In this document: positions 1 to 7,899 of the stretch, one piece after another
Position numbering within the stretch: the first letter of the stretch is position 1
How the letters are laid out: the number at the start of each line of letters is the position of its first letter
From: a virus
Lineage: Duplodnaviria; Caudoviricetes
DNA: 40,382 nt
IMG/VR virus record: IMGVR_UViG_3300020598_000104
Span: 1 to 40,382 of that record
Direction: 5' to 3' (one strand)
Program-made: the position numbers and the translations under genes
Notes under the pieces: model-generated
Told to the model about the DNA's origin: nothing
What the model saw: the letters and a program-made list of their open reading frames with translations, nothing else
Database searches by the model: none

Positions 1-1095
1 ATGACGGACTCTCAAACCATCCCGGACGACATGGCCGCTCGCGTTGCCCGCCTCATCAACGAGGCCGAGGACATGCGCCAACAGGCGGCAGATGATCTGA
101 AACAGATTTACGCTGATCTGCGCGAAGAGCTGCGCGGCCTTGGCTGGGACGGCAAGCACGTCTCCGCCGAAGTCGCCGCTCTCAAGGGCGCGATTGGTGA
201 GATGCGCCTTGACGAGAAGGCGAAGGAGAAGCGCGAGGAAAAGGGCGAGCGCGTCGATGACTACGTTTCGCTCCTCACACGCGCACGTGCGCGTGAAGGC
301 AACAGCTATGCCGCTGCTCGCCGCGCCGACTCTGGCCTGAACATCGTCACCAAGCATACCGAAATCACAGCTTCGCCGGAAACGGCGACCGAGTGCGCGG
401 CACCTGAAAAGGACGCCGCAGCGGACGAGCGGAGTGTTGAAGCCGATGGTGGAGCAGCGCTCGTCCGCACCCTTTCCGATCAACTTAGAGAAGGAGGCAA
501 CAATGCCCAGCAAGTTCCTCAGCATGTAGTTTCTGATCGTCGGCACCATTCTCAGGGCGATAAAAACACAGAGAAACCCCAAGCAGCCGAGCAGGCAGGA
601 GGCGAACATGAAGTAGCTATTGGCAGCGCGATGCGCGCAGGTCTTGCGGACCCGACCTCGAACACAGGGGAGGGCGCCGCCAGTGCTCTCCCCGCAACCG
701 ATGAATTCCTTGAAGACGTGCCGCCTATGCCGATGAAGCGCCTGCGCTACGCGCACTGCTTCCCGGAGCTCACCAAGGCCGAGTATGGACGCCTGGAATT
801 CAGCATCATCGGCATTGGCGTCTCCAAGCCGATCATCCGCATGGGCGACGTGATCGTTGACGGCTGGGCTCGCTACAACATCTGCCGCACGCTCGGCATT
901 TCCTACCCCATCCAGAATTATAGCGGAAACGACGTGCTCCTCGACGTGATCGAGTGGCAGCGCGCCGCCCGCAATTTCACCCCGGCACAGGAAAAGAAGA
1001 TCGCCGCCGATCTGGCGAAGGAAATCCCGCATCGTGCCGACGACATCATGGCCGCCTTCGGGCTGGCCGACGAAGCCATGGAGGCAGCGGAATAA
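1..1095 (+). CDS. Phage protein with N-terminal GapR/DUF2312-like domain and C-terminal ParB-N-like domain
   Basis: N-term RLINEAEDMRQQAADDLKQIYADLRE..GWDGK..R..EKREE..VDDYVSLL resembles DUF2312. C-term FPELTKAEYGRLEFSI..GVSKPII..IVDGWARYNICRTLG resembles ParB/Srx. Low-complexity linker between them. Confidence 0.6.
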   Translation: MTDSQTIPDDMAARVARLINEAEDMRQQAADDLKQIYADLREELRGLGWDGKHVSAEVAALKGAIGEMRLDEKAKEKREEKGERVDDYVSLLTRARAREGNSYAAARRADSGLNIVTKHTEITASPETATECAAPEKDAAADERSVEADGGAALVRTLSDQLREGGNNAQQVPQHVVSDRRHHSQGDKNTEKPQAAEQAGGEHEVAIGSAMRAGLADPTSNTGEGAASALPATDEFLEDVPPMPMKRLRYAHCFPELTKAEYGRLEFSIIGIGVSKPIIRMGDVIVDGWARYNICRTLGISYPIQNYSGNDVLLDVIEWQRAARNFTPAQEKKIAADLAKEIPHRADDIMAAFGLADEAMEAAE

Positions 1096-1463
1096 TGGGG
1101 CCACTTCGTTTCTCCAATGGCTATGACGCTGCAGCGCAGAACCTCGTTGAGGGCCGTGTCCGCGATAGCCGGGCGCAGATTGCCCGTGCCGAGGTCTCTT
1201 CCATCGTCAAAGCCTACATCGAGCGCAACGGCGTTCGTCGTTTCGAGGCTGGCACGTCTGGCGACTATCAGTCCTTGAAGGCCTTCCTCGCTGATCGGGG
1301 ATACCACCTCAGCACCTATCGCAGCCAAGCCAGCTTCATCATCACCGTTCCCGGTCAACGCGGCCGTCCGAAGCCAATGAACTGGTCGAAGGTGATCGAG
1401 TTTGTTGACGGGCTTCGCACGGGCGAGGGGCTTGAACCTTTGAAGCGGAGGGCAGCGGCATGA
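1095..1463 (+). CDS. Hypothetical phage protein
   Basis: TAATG overlap with upstream stop; ends in AAA* like other phage early genes; ATGA overlap downstream. Confidence 0.7.
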   Translation: MGPLRFSNGYDAAAQNLVEGRVRDSRAQIARAEVSSIVKAYIERNGVRRFEAGTSGDYQSLKAFLADRGYHLSTYRSQASFIITVPGQRGRPKPMNWSKVIEFVDGLRTGEGLEPLKRRAAA

Positions 1464-1582
1464 CCTGGTTCATCTACGGCATCATCGGCTTCACGATCCT
1501 CTCCGGCGCGACGGTGTTGGCATACGCACTCCTGCGCCGAGGTGAAGACCGCATGGCACCCGACTGGTGGAGGGATCAGTGA
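1460..1582 (+). CDS. 40-aa single-pass membrane microprotein (MTWFIYGIIGFTILSGATVLAYALLRRGEDRMAPDWWRDQ)
   Basis: Not in ORF track. GGAGG RBS, ATGA overlap, hydrophobic segment followed by RR. Confidence 0.65.
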   Translation: MTWFIYGIIGFTILSGATVLAYALLRRGEDRMAPDWWRDQ

Positions 1583-1590
1583 TCAACGGA

Positions 1591-1903
1591 ATCGGTCAGC
1601 GCTCGCCCTCCTCCTCCCAAGCCGCTGACTGATCGGAGCGCGCGGCGAAGTCCCCCTCGGCCGCGCGCTCCACTCGAATTTTCGGAAACCGTCCTTGCAG
1701 CCTCAACACGACGGCTCGGACGGGAACCGACAACGGAACGAACGAGGACGCCGAAGCCGAGGATACCCCGGCGTCCTCTGAACCCTCAGCAGACAAAGCG
1801 GCGGCGGCGCTGCGAGGGAATGGAATTATCGTCTCGCCGGATGCGGCGGGCGGAACGGCGGGGTGATCGGGAACCGCATGTAGCCCCTGATCCCCGTCGT
1901 TCC
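1591..1903 (+). ncRNA. Multi-hairpin structured RNA with CU-rich loops, resembling cuckoo/alpha-r14 (CCUCCUCCC) RNAs
   Basis: Stems at 1591-1633 (loop CCCTCCTCCTCC), 1635-1671 (GGAGCGCGCGGC/GCCGCGCGCTCC, loop containing TCCCCC), 1744-1778 and 1852-1903. Confidence 0.55.
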
Positions 1904-2011
1904 CACTGAATTTTGAAGGTCGCTTCACTGTGTCTCTCTTCGTCTGTAGCAAGTCGAAACTGACATGGAGCGAACGTCTTGCGGAACAAAACTAATGTCG
2001 TGGAAGACAAA

Positions 2012-2401
2012 ATGAGTGTCGCGTACGTCAATGATGCAAAAGCGATGAGCGAATGGCTCCTGCGCCGCGAGTATCGCGGCCTTGGAGACACGCAAGAAGC
2101 TGCTGCCGGACGCGCCCAGACTAAGTGGGGCGCTCCTGCGACTACACTTCTTCGCCTTCGTCACCGCGAAATCCCGGACATGAAGCTCAGCACATGGGCC
2201 TCAATACTCGAAGCATTCCAGCGCGCGGGCGGACGTATCGACGCGCTGTACGAAGAGGAGCGTTCGCGCCATGGCGAGAGCAATTCGGCGCTTGTTCGCC
2301 TTGCTGATTTTGTTGCTGGCGAGCGGCCTCAGCCGGTTCAAGGCGTGGGTTCATCGTCTGCTGAAAAGGCAGAAGCCACGCGAACCAGAAGCCGAAACTG
2401 A
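2012..2401 (+). CDS. Putative HTH-like phage regulator (CII-position protein); alternative TTG start at 1979
   Basis: ORF with DTQEAAAGRAQTKWGAPATTLLRLRHR HTH-like segment, located upstream of replication genes. Confidence 0.55.
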   Translation: MSVAYVNDAKAMSEWLLRREYRGLGDTQEAAAGRAQTKWGAPATTLLRLRHREIPDMKLSTWASILEAFQRAGGRIDALYEEERSRHGESNSALVRLADFVAGERPQPVQGVGSSSAEKAEATRTRSRN

Positions 2402-2416
2402 AGTCGGGGAGGGCGA

Positions 2417-2803
2417 GTGATGCAGCAGCTTGGTCTTTTTGACGCTCTCCGCCGCCCGCCGGTCCGCATCGCTGTCGATGCCGACGGCCCCGTGGTTCGG
2501 GATGAACCCGACTTCACGTTCCGGCTACGGCATCCTCACATGGCATGGGACCGTGCCAAGATCGAGATCCATCGTCACACCAATGGTCTCTGGATGTGGT
2601 CGACAAGCTACAGCGCCGACATGGGCGGGGGCGGTTATCGCGTCGGCGCCAAGTGGGGCAAGTTCGCCGAGACCCGCGAAGATGCCCTCTTCTACGCCTG
2701 CGAGGAGCTTGAGCGCCGCCTCGGCGATAGAGATACCGTCGACGTCGCTCTGATCCGCAAATGGGTTCTCGCTCTCAAGGACGATGCGAGGGCGTTTCAA
2801 TGA
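2417..2803 (+). CDS. Hypothetical phage protein
   Basis: GGGGAGGG RBS; ATGA overlap with next gene; N-terminal QLGLF clamp-binding-like motif. Confidence 0.7.
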   Translation: MMQQLGLFDALRRPPVRIAVDADGPVVRDEPDFTFRLRHPHMAWDRAKIEIHRHTNGLWMWSTSYSADMGGGGYRVGAKWGKFAETREDALFYACEELERRLGDRDTVDVALIRKWVLALKDDARAFQ

Positions 2804-2985
2804 ACGAGCTCTCCCTCCTCAAGGAAGAAAGAAAAGAGATCCAGGCGGAAATAGACCGTCTTCGCGGATCGATGAACCGCGCCGACAATGGGGTGAAGCA
2901 TCACAGGATCACCATCCTATCCAGAACGGTGGCGCGGCTGGATCGCGAGATCGCCTCCCTCGATGACAGGAGGGCGAGTGCATGA
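2800..2985 (+). CDS. Small coiled-coil hypothetical protein
   Basis: ATGA coupling at both ends (MNELSLLKEERKE...). Confidence 0.65.
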   Translation: MNELSLLKEERKEIQAEIDRLRGSMNRADNGVKHHRITILSRTVARLDREIASLDDRRASA

Positions 2986-3197
2986 CCTTCGGACAGGAAG
3001 CCCTCATCAAGATAGGCCAGTTGTTCCTCGGCCGAGACGGCCAGCACGACACGGCAGAGATTGCCCAGATCATGGGATGCACCGAGGGCGAGATTTACAA
3101 CGCCCTCACCGCTGCCCGCGCAGCCTACGAGGCCCACAAGGCTTGGCACAGGGAACACCAGCGGTCCGTTCGTGACAAGAGCGGGGTGGCGGCATGA
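2982..3197 (+). CDS. Small HTH-like protein
   Basis: DTAEIAQIMGCTEGEIYNAL HTH pattern; AGGAGG RBS; translational coupling. Confidence 0.65.
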   Translation: MTFGQEALIKIGQLFLGRDGQHDTAEIAQIMGCTEGEIYNALTAARAAYEAHKAWHREHQRSVRDKSGVAA

Positions 3198-3499
3198 GCA
3201 TGCCACGCCATGGCGCAAAGCGCGATGACACCGAGCGCGAAATCGTCTCCACGCTCGAACAGTGCGGTTTCAGCGTATTCCGCATGGACCAGCCGGTTGA
3301 CCTCCTCGTCGGCTTCCGTGGCCGGTGCTGGCTCGTGGAATGCAAGTCCAGCACCAAGGGATATGGCAAGGATCTGAACAAGAACCAGAAGGATTTTGAT
3401 GATGCGTGGCGCGGGCCGCGTGTCGTCATCCTTCGTAGTGCGCAAGACGCCATGGACTGGGCCGTCTCCGTCGCCAGCGCGAAGGGGAAAGCAGCATGA
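3194..3499 (+). CDS. PD-(D/E)XK nuclease (VRR-NUC / Holliday-junction resolvase-like)
   Basis: KRDDTE..IV..L..G..V..PVDLLVG..LVECK motif. Confidence 0.8.
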   Translation: MSMPRHGAKRDDTEREIVSTLEQCGFSVFRMDQPVDLLVGFRGRCWLVECKSSTKGYGKDLNKNQKDFDDAWRGPRVVILRSAQDAMDWAVSVASAKGKAA

Positions 3500-4170
3500 A
3501 GCCGGAGACCTTCCGAAAGCTCGCCGCCGCCGGTCTTTCGCATGAGCAGATGGCTTTGGTTCTCGAAATTATTGAGGAGCAGGAGCGCGCTCATGCAGAG
3601 GCCGAAGAAGCTCGTAAGTCCGTCGCTCGCGACCGTGTGAACCGCTGGCGTGAGCGCCAGAAAGAAGGCGTAACGTTACAGAAAGTTACTGAAACGCAAC
3701 GTAACGGCTTACGTGCGGGTGATGCGCGCGGAGATGTAAAACAAATAAACATAGATACATCCAAGGAAGAAAAAAAAGATCAGAGCGCGGCAAAGCCGCT
3801 TTCTGATCTGGCAGGCTTCAAGGCCGAACTCAAGCAAGTCCTTTCTCCTGAGCGCGTCGAGGCCATCGTTGATCTCCGCCGCAAGAAAAAAGCTCCGCTT
3901 ACTCCCCATGCCGGGAAGCTCCTCGTCAAAGCACTAAGCGCATGCCCGGACATCGGCGCAGCGGCTGACGAGATGGTTATCCGCAACTGGACGGGCATCA
4001 AGCCGGAATGGCTTTCCAGCCGCCAGTCCCAAGCCCCTCCCATGACCGCACACCAGCGGCGTCATCAGGACGCTATCGACGCCTTCGACCGACGACTTGG
4101 AGTGAAACGCGATGACGAATTTACCGGCAACACTCTCGACCTTGAACGCGCAGATTTCGGCCATCACTGA
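3496..4170 (+). CDS. Phage replication initiator (lambda O-analogue)
   Basis: RDRVNRWRER motif followed by a repeat-encoded linker; internal iteron-like repeats; position in the operon. Confidence 0.65.
   Translation: MKPETFRKLAAAGLSHEQMALVLEIIEEQERAHAEAEEARKSVARDRVNRWRERQKEGVTLQKVTETQRNGLRAGDARGDVKQINIDTSKEEKKDQSAAKPLSDLAGFKAELKQVLSPERVEAIVDLRRKKKAPLTPHAGKLLVKALSACPDIGAAADEMVIRNWTGIKPEWLSSRQSQAPPMTAHQRRHQDAIDAFDRRLGVKRDDEFTGNTLDLERADFGHH
3667..3780. other. Putative phage replication origin (iterons plus AT-rich unwinding tract)
   Basis: Clustered GTAAC/GTTAC/GAAAC/GCAAC repeats (CGTAACGTTACAGAAAGTTACTGAAACGCAACGTAACG) followed by an A-rich tract at about 3735-3780, inside the initiator gene. 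Confidence 0.6.
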
Positions 4171-4744
4171 GCGTCTTGCCCCGGCGCAGGATGAGCATGT
4201 TGCCGAGGCAATCCGCTCACTTCTCGCGGCCGGGCTATCGCTTCCAGGGAACATGAATCCGGAGAAGGCGCCGGACGTCTATGCCTTCGCGCTGTCCAAG
4301 GTCTCTGCCACTGGCGTTCGCAAGGCCGTCGCCAAGCTGGTGCGCGGGGAATACGACCTGAAGAACCGGGCGTTCATCCCGACGCCGCCGGAATTTGCGG
4401 ATATCGCCCGCCGGGAAACGCGTGAGCTGGTTGATGATCTTTCCAGGCTCAAGATGCACCGCGAATCCATCACGTTCGAGCCGACCATCCATGACGATGA
4501 GACGAGGGCGCGTGTCCGGCAGCTTCTCAAAAATTTCCGGGCGGAGACCGAGGCAGCGAAGTCCAAGAACGCCGAGCTTACCGAGCCTCTGAGTGATGAG
4601 CGAGCCGAATACTGGCGGTCGATCATGGCGCTCAAGGACGCCGACAACGTGACCGAGGAGCAGAAGCAATTTCGCCGCCGCATCGAGAAGCGCGTAGCCG
4701 ACACGGAAGCGACCGCGGAACAGAACGACAGGAGCGCAGCATGA
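4112..4744 (+). CDS. Replication accessory protein (helicase-loader/P-position)
   Basis: Overlaps the initiator gene; FIPTPPEFA motif typical of this position in alphaproteobacterial prophages. Confidence 0.55.
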   Translation: MTNLPATLSTLNAQISAITERLAPAQDEHVAEAIRSLLAAGLSLPGNMNPEKAPDVYAFALSKVSATGVRKAVAKLVRGEYDLKNRAFIPTPPEFADIARRETRELVDDLSRLKMHRESITFEPTIHDDETRARVRQLLKNFRAETEAAKSKNAELTEPLSDERAEYWRSIMALKDADNVTEEQKQFRRRIEKRVADTEATAEQNDRSAA

Positions 4745-5283
4745 ACATCCACATCAACACCAGCGAAAAGGGCCGAGTCCGAAAGGAAGACCGCGGGATT
4801 GTCTGGACGGATGAGAATGTCGCCCTCGCTGCGAAAATGTATGCCGATGGCTATTTCGGCTCGCACATCGCCAAGCACTTCGGCGTGACGCGCAACAGCT
4901 TTTGCGGACTGGCTGCACGGAACAGAGACCTCTTCCCTAAACGGCTTGGAACTATGTCGATTCCGCAAACCAAGCGCGGAACGAAATGGGACAAGGAAAA
5001 GATCGATGAGTGCCTACGCCTCCGAAAGGCAGGCAAGACGATGAAGGCGATTTCCTCGATTATCGGCATCACCGAGAACTCGGTGGCCCATGTGATCCGC
5101 AAGCATAAGGCGCTTTTCGATGCGCCGGCCGTGCCGGCCGCGTCGGTCGAGATTGAGCCAGTGCGGCAATCCCGTCGGTCCTTCATCGCAGGAAAATGGG
5201 TGGAGCGCGTCCCGTTTGTCACGATTTCGGGAGCGGTGGTTAGCCTCCCCCGCGTCTCGATCCTCAACGGCAAGGAGGGGTGA
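4741..5283 (+). CDS. GcrA-like regulator with two tandem HTH repeats
   Basis: WTDENVALAAKMYADGYFGSHIAKHFGVTRNSFCG matches the GcrA N-terminal domain; second repeat WDKEKIDECLRLRKAGKTMKAISSIIGITENSV. Confidence 0.7.
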   Translation: MNIHINTSEKGRVRKEDRGIVWTDENVALAAKMYADGYFGSHIAKHFGVTRNSFCGLAARNRDLFPKRLGTMSIPQTKRGTKWDKEKIDECLRLRKAGKTMKAISSIIGITENSVAHVIRKHKALFDAPAVPAASVEIEPVRQSRRSFIAGKWVERVPFVTISGAVVSLPRVSILNGKEG

Positions 5284-5285
5284 GG

Positions 5286-5408
5286 ATGGAAGGGCTCAAG
5301 CACATCGCTTCAGCCGCTGCCTTCGTTGCAGCAGCGTTCCTGATCTATCACGACAAGGGCAATTGGGGCTTGTTGATCCTGGCCGGTATCCTTGTCAGCG
5401 CGAACTAA
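5286..5408 (+). CDS. 40-aa hydrophobic microprotein (MEGLKHIASAAAFVAAAFLIYHDKGNWGLLILAGILVSAN)
   Basis: Not in ORF track. Purine-rich RBS (GGAGGGGTGAGG); fills the gap before the nusG-like gene. Confidence 0.55.
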   Translation: MEGLKHIASAAAFVAAAFLIYHDKGNWGLLILAGILVSAN

Positions 5409-5432
5409 CGGCGGAACACGAGGAACACCACA

Positions 5433-6080
5433 ATGGCAAGCAACTGGTACGCGGTAAGGGCAAAGCCCGGCACCCAACGGATGGCACGTCCGTTCCCGAT
5501 CCCGGCGAATATCACCGAGAAGGAAAGGATCGAGGCCGAGCGCCGCAAGGGGGAGAGCATCCTTGAACGCCAGCTTCGCCAGGAGGGCATTGACGTCTTC
5601 ATGCCGTCCTTCTGGATCCGCACCAAGCACCACAGGACAAACAAAATCATCGAACGCCGGTATCCGTTCCTCGTCGGGTACGCCTTCGTCCATCTTCCGC
5701 GCCTTGAATTCGAGCAGGTGAGGGCGGTGGATGCCGTCATGTGCATGCTGGCGCCGACCAGAACCGCCGGCCCGGTTCGTTTCCCCGAGAAGATGATCGC
5801 TCAATTCATGATGGATGAATTCGAGGCAGCACAGGCGCACAAGCTGCAGGAATGGTCCGACATGGAGCGCCAGCGCTTCAACAAGCAGAACCATCTTCGC
5901 GGCCAGTTGAAGAAGGTGCTCCCGAAGGGGAGGAGTCCGAAAACATCTCTTCGGGAATATGCCGATCAGGCCATTGACCGGCTGAATGACGTGGTGCGCG
6001 AAAGAGTTCTGTCGATAACCGCGCAACTCGATGCGCTGGAGGCGGCAGAGACGCTTGATCAGATCCACAAAGTTGCCTGA
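5433..6080 (+). CDS. NusG-family (NGN domain) late antiterminator
   Basis: WYAVRAKPG..L..EGIDVFMP..YPFLVGYAFV..VRAVDAV NGN motifs; occupies the lambda Q position; no recognisable KOW domain. Confidence 0.85.
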   Translation: MASNWYAVRAKPGTQRMARPFPIPANITEKERIEAERRKGESILERQLRQEGIDVFMPSFWIRTKHHRTNKIIERRYPFLVGYAFVHLPRLEFEQVRAVDAVMCMLAPTRTAGPVRFPEKMIAQFMMDEFEAAQAHKLQEWSDMERQRFNKQNHLRGQLKKVLPKGRSPKTSLREYADQAIDRLNDVVRERVLSITAQLDALEAAETLDQIHKVA

Positions 6081-6085
6081 TGGTA

Positions 6086-6114
6086 TTGCAAGTCATCCAG
6101 ATTTCGCATATTTT
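6086..6114 (+). promoter_or_regulatory. Predicted sigma70 late promoter (pR'-like)
   Basis: TTGCAA-N17-TATTTT immediately after the NusG-like gene. Confidence 0.55.
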
Positions 6115-6234
6115 GGAATTGGATGATTTGCTGTTCTGTTGCGGACCTCAGATGAGGGAACACTCGCCGGGCGAACCCGGCCTCTGCTCGAAGCGTGAGG
6201 CGTTTAGAGAAATATTGCCAAAATTTGAGGTGCT

Positions 6235-6765
6235 ATGACCAGTGCAGCTTTGCAATGGATAGCCGACAACGCGTCTCACGAAGGGGATGAGTGCCTTGTT
6301 TTCCCCTTTAGCCGCGACCGAAAGGGCTATGGCGTTGTGTGGGTGAAGAAAGCAGATTTCCGCCGACGCACAGGGGCACATCGCTTGATGTGCGAGTTAG
6401 CCCACGGAGAGCCGCCTTCATCGCGGCTTGAGGCGGCCCACTCCTGCGGCATGGGGCGCAACGGCTGCGTTAACCCACGTCATCTCCGCTGGGCGACGCG
6501 AAAAGAAAACGCTCAGGACGCTGTGGCGCACGGTGCTGTTTTCAACCCATATGGGCAACCGGGGACGAGGAAAGACGGTACGAGGGCCGCAACTATTGGC
6601 GAGAGCCATGGACGCGCCCGCCTCACGCGCTCCGATGTGGAGCGCATTCGAAATCATCTGGCCCATGGGGGAAAGGTCAAGGATGCCGCCGAGGCATACG
6701 GCGTACACAGATCGACGATCAGTTTGATTAAGTCGGGGAAGAACTGGTCCTACTCTGTTCGCTAA
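6235..6765 (+). CDS. HNH homing endonuclease with C-terminal HTH
   Basis: AHRLMCELAHGEPP..AAHSCG..GCVNPRHLRWATRKEN; C-term ARLTRSDVERIR..AEAYGVHRSTIS. Confidence 0.9.
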   Translation: MTSAALQWIADNASHEGDECLVFPFSRDRKGYGVVWVKKADFRRRTGAHRLMCELAHGEPPSSRLEAAHSCGMGRNGCVNPRHLRWATRKENAQDAVAHGAVFNPYGQPGTRKDGTRAATIGESHGRARLTRSDVERIRNHLAHGGKVKDAAEAYGVHRSTISLIKSGKNWSYSVR

Positions 6766-6831
6766 CACGCCGGGCCACGGGGCGAAATTCACCGCGCCCC
6801 GCTGTTGAAGAATATTGCCAATTTTCAGAGA

Positions 6832-7050
6832 TCGGGAAGGCCCGTTCCGAAAGGTCTGGGCTGGAATAAGAGCGAGGCGCTGCTGTCCCTTCGCCTTCCC
6901 GCCCCCATACGGCATAGCCGTAACGAAACCGGCTCCGGCCGGCAGACGGTAGCCTTCGGGCCGGTCAAGCAGATTGCCGCGCTGGTGCACACAGCGGCAA
7001 GACCGTGGCGGGCGATATCGCTGGAGCCGTCATCAATTCACCTCGCGGGT
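6832..7050 (+). ncRNA. Putative structured RNA elements in the late leader
   Basis: CGGGAAGG/CCTTCCCG three-way junction with a GAAA tetraloop; CGGCTCCGG/CTGGAGCCG multibranch with a UUCG loop and TTGCCGC/GCGGCAA stem. Confidence 0.45.
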
Positions 7051-7125
7051 GAAGCGCCAGAGAGCCCCGTCCCGGTCTGTCACCGAACATCGGCCATATG
7101 TGAACCGTATTTTGCGGAGAGCGCC

Positions 7126-7677
7126 ATGCTGCCAAAACTAACTCAGGATTTTCTCCTGAGCAGGCTCAGTTACGATGCGCAGACTGGCGAGCTAAGGTGG
7201 AAAAGCCTTCCGGCTAGTGAGTTTTCAAGCCCTCACGCCCACAAGATTTTCAAGGCGCAATACGCCGGCAAAATCGCGGGCGGCCCATCTTGGGACGGTT
7301 ATTGGCTGGTCTATCTAAACCGGAAAAAATACCGCGCCCACCGCATTATTTGGCTCATGATATACGGGGTTGAGCCCGATATAATCGACCACATCAATGG
7401 CGATATTTCGGATAATCGCCTTAGCAACTTGCGAAGTGTCGATACCGCGGCGAACGGTAAAAACAGGCCTATTACTAGGGCCAATCGCAGCGGGACGCAG
7501 GGCGTATCGTGGCACCCCAAGGTCGGTAAGTGGCGGGCTAGGATCAGCGCAGATCGTAAGGCTCGCCATCTCGGTTTCTTCAATGACTTCGATGCTGCGC
7601 TAAAAGCCCGGAAGGAAGCTGAAGCGGCCCTTGGGTTTCACAAGAACCATGGCCGTCCACCCCGCGTCGCCGCGTGA
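7126..7677 (+). CDS. HNH endonuclease with C-terminal AP2 domain
   Basis: LSYDAQTGELRW..YRAHRIIW..IDHINGDISDNRLSNLR..N; SGTQGVSW..KWRARI..HLGFF AP2 motif; GGAG RBS before ATG 7126. Confidence 0.9.
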   Translation: MLPKLTQDFLLSRLSYDAQTGELRWKSLPASEFSSPHAHKIFKAQYAGKIAGGPSWDGYWLVYLNRKKYRAHRIIWLMIYGVEPDIIDHINGDISDNRLSNLRSVDTAANGKNRPITRANRSGTQGVSWHPKVGKWRARISADRKARHLGFFNDFDAALKARKEAEAALGFHKNHGRPPRVAA

Positions 7678-7704
7678 TGGGGCTTTCGCATTCAGGAGAG
7701 AACA

Positions 7705-7899
7705 ATGGACATCACCATCACATTCGGCTGGTGGCTTCTGCCGCTCGCCGTCACGGTCCTTTCCTATGGCGTGGCGATTTCGAAGTTCTCGTACGGCGGC
7801 GGCGACTACAGCTTTCCCGAGGTCGGCAACGCCATCCTGCTCATCGTGGCGACTATCCCGGCGCTCCTTGCGTGGCTCATCTGGGCCTTGCTCACCTAA
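7705..7899 (+). CDS. Small two-TM membrane protein
   Basis: AGGAG RBS; two hydrophobic segments. Confidence 0.7.
   Translation: MDITITFGWWLLPLAVTVLSYGVAISKFSYGGGDYSFPEVGNAILLIVATIPALLAWLIWALLT

Noticed and set aside
1724-1743. Possible alphaproteobacterial LexA box (GAAC-N7-GAAC)
   Set aside because: Spacing is N8 and it is not at an evident promoter.
6766-7120. tRNA, group I intron or known ribozyme in the late leader
   Set aside because: No T-loop GTTCRA cloverleaf, no recognisable group I P7 core and no hammerhead CTGANGA/GAAA core. No interrupted host gene flanks the HNH ORFs.
6805-7125. 107-codon N-terminal extension of the HNH-AP2 ORF given in the ORF track
   Set aside because: TTG start without RBS. 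The HNH domain begins at ATG 7126, which has a GGAG RBS, and the upstream region is better explained as structured RNA.
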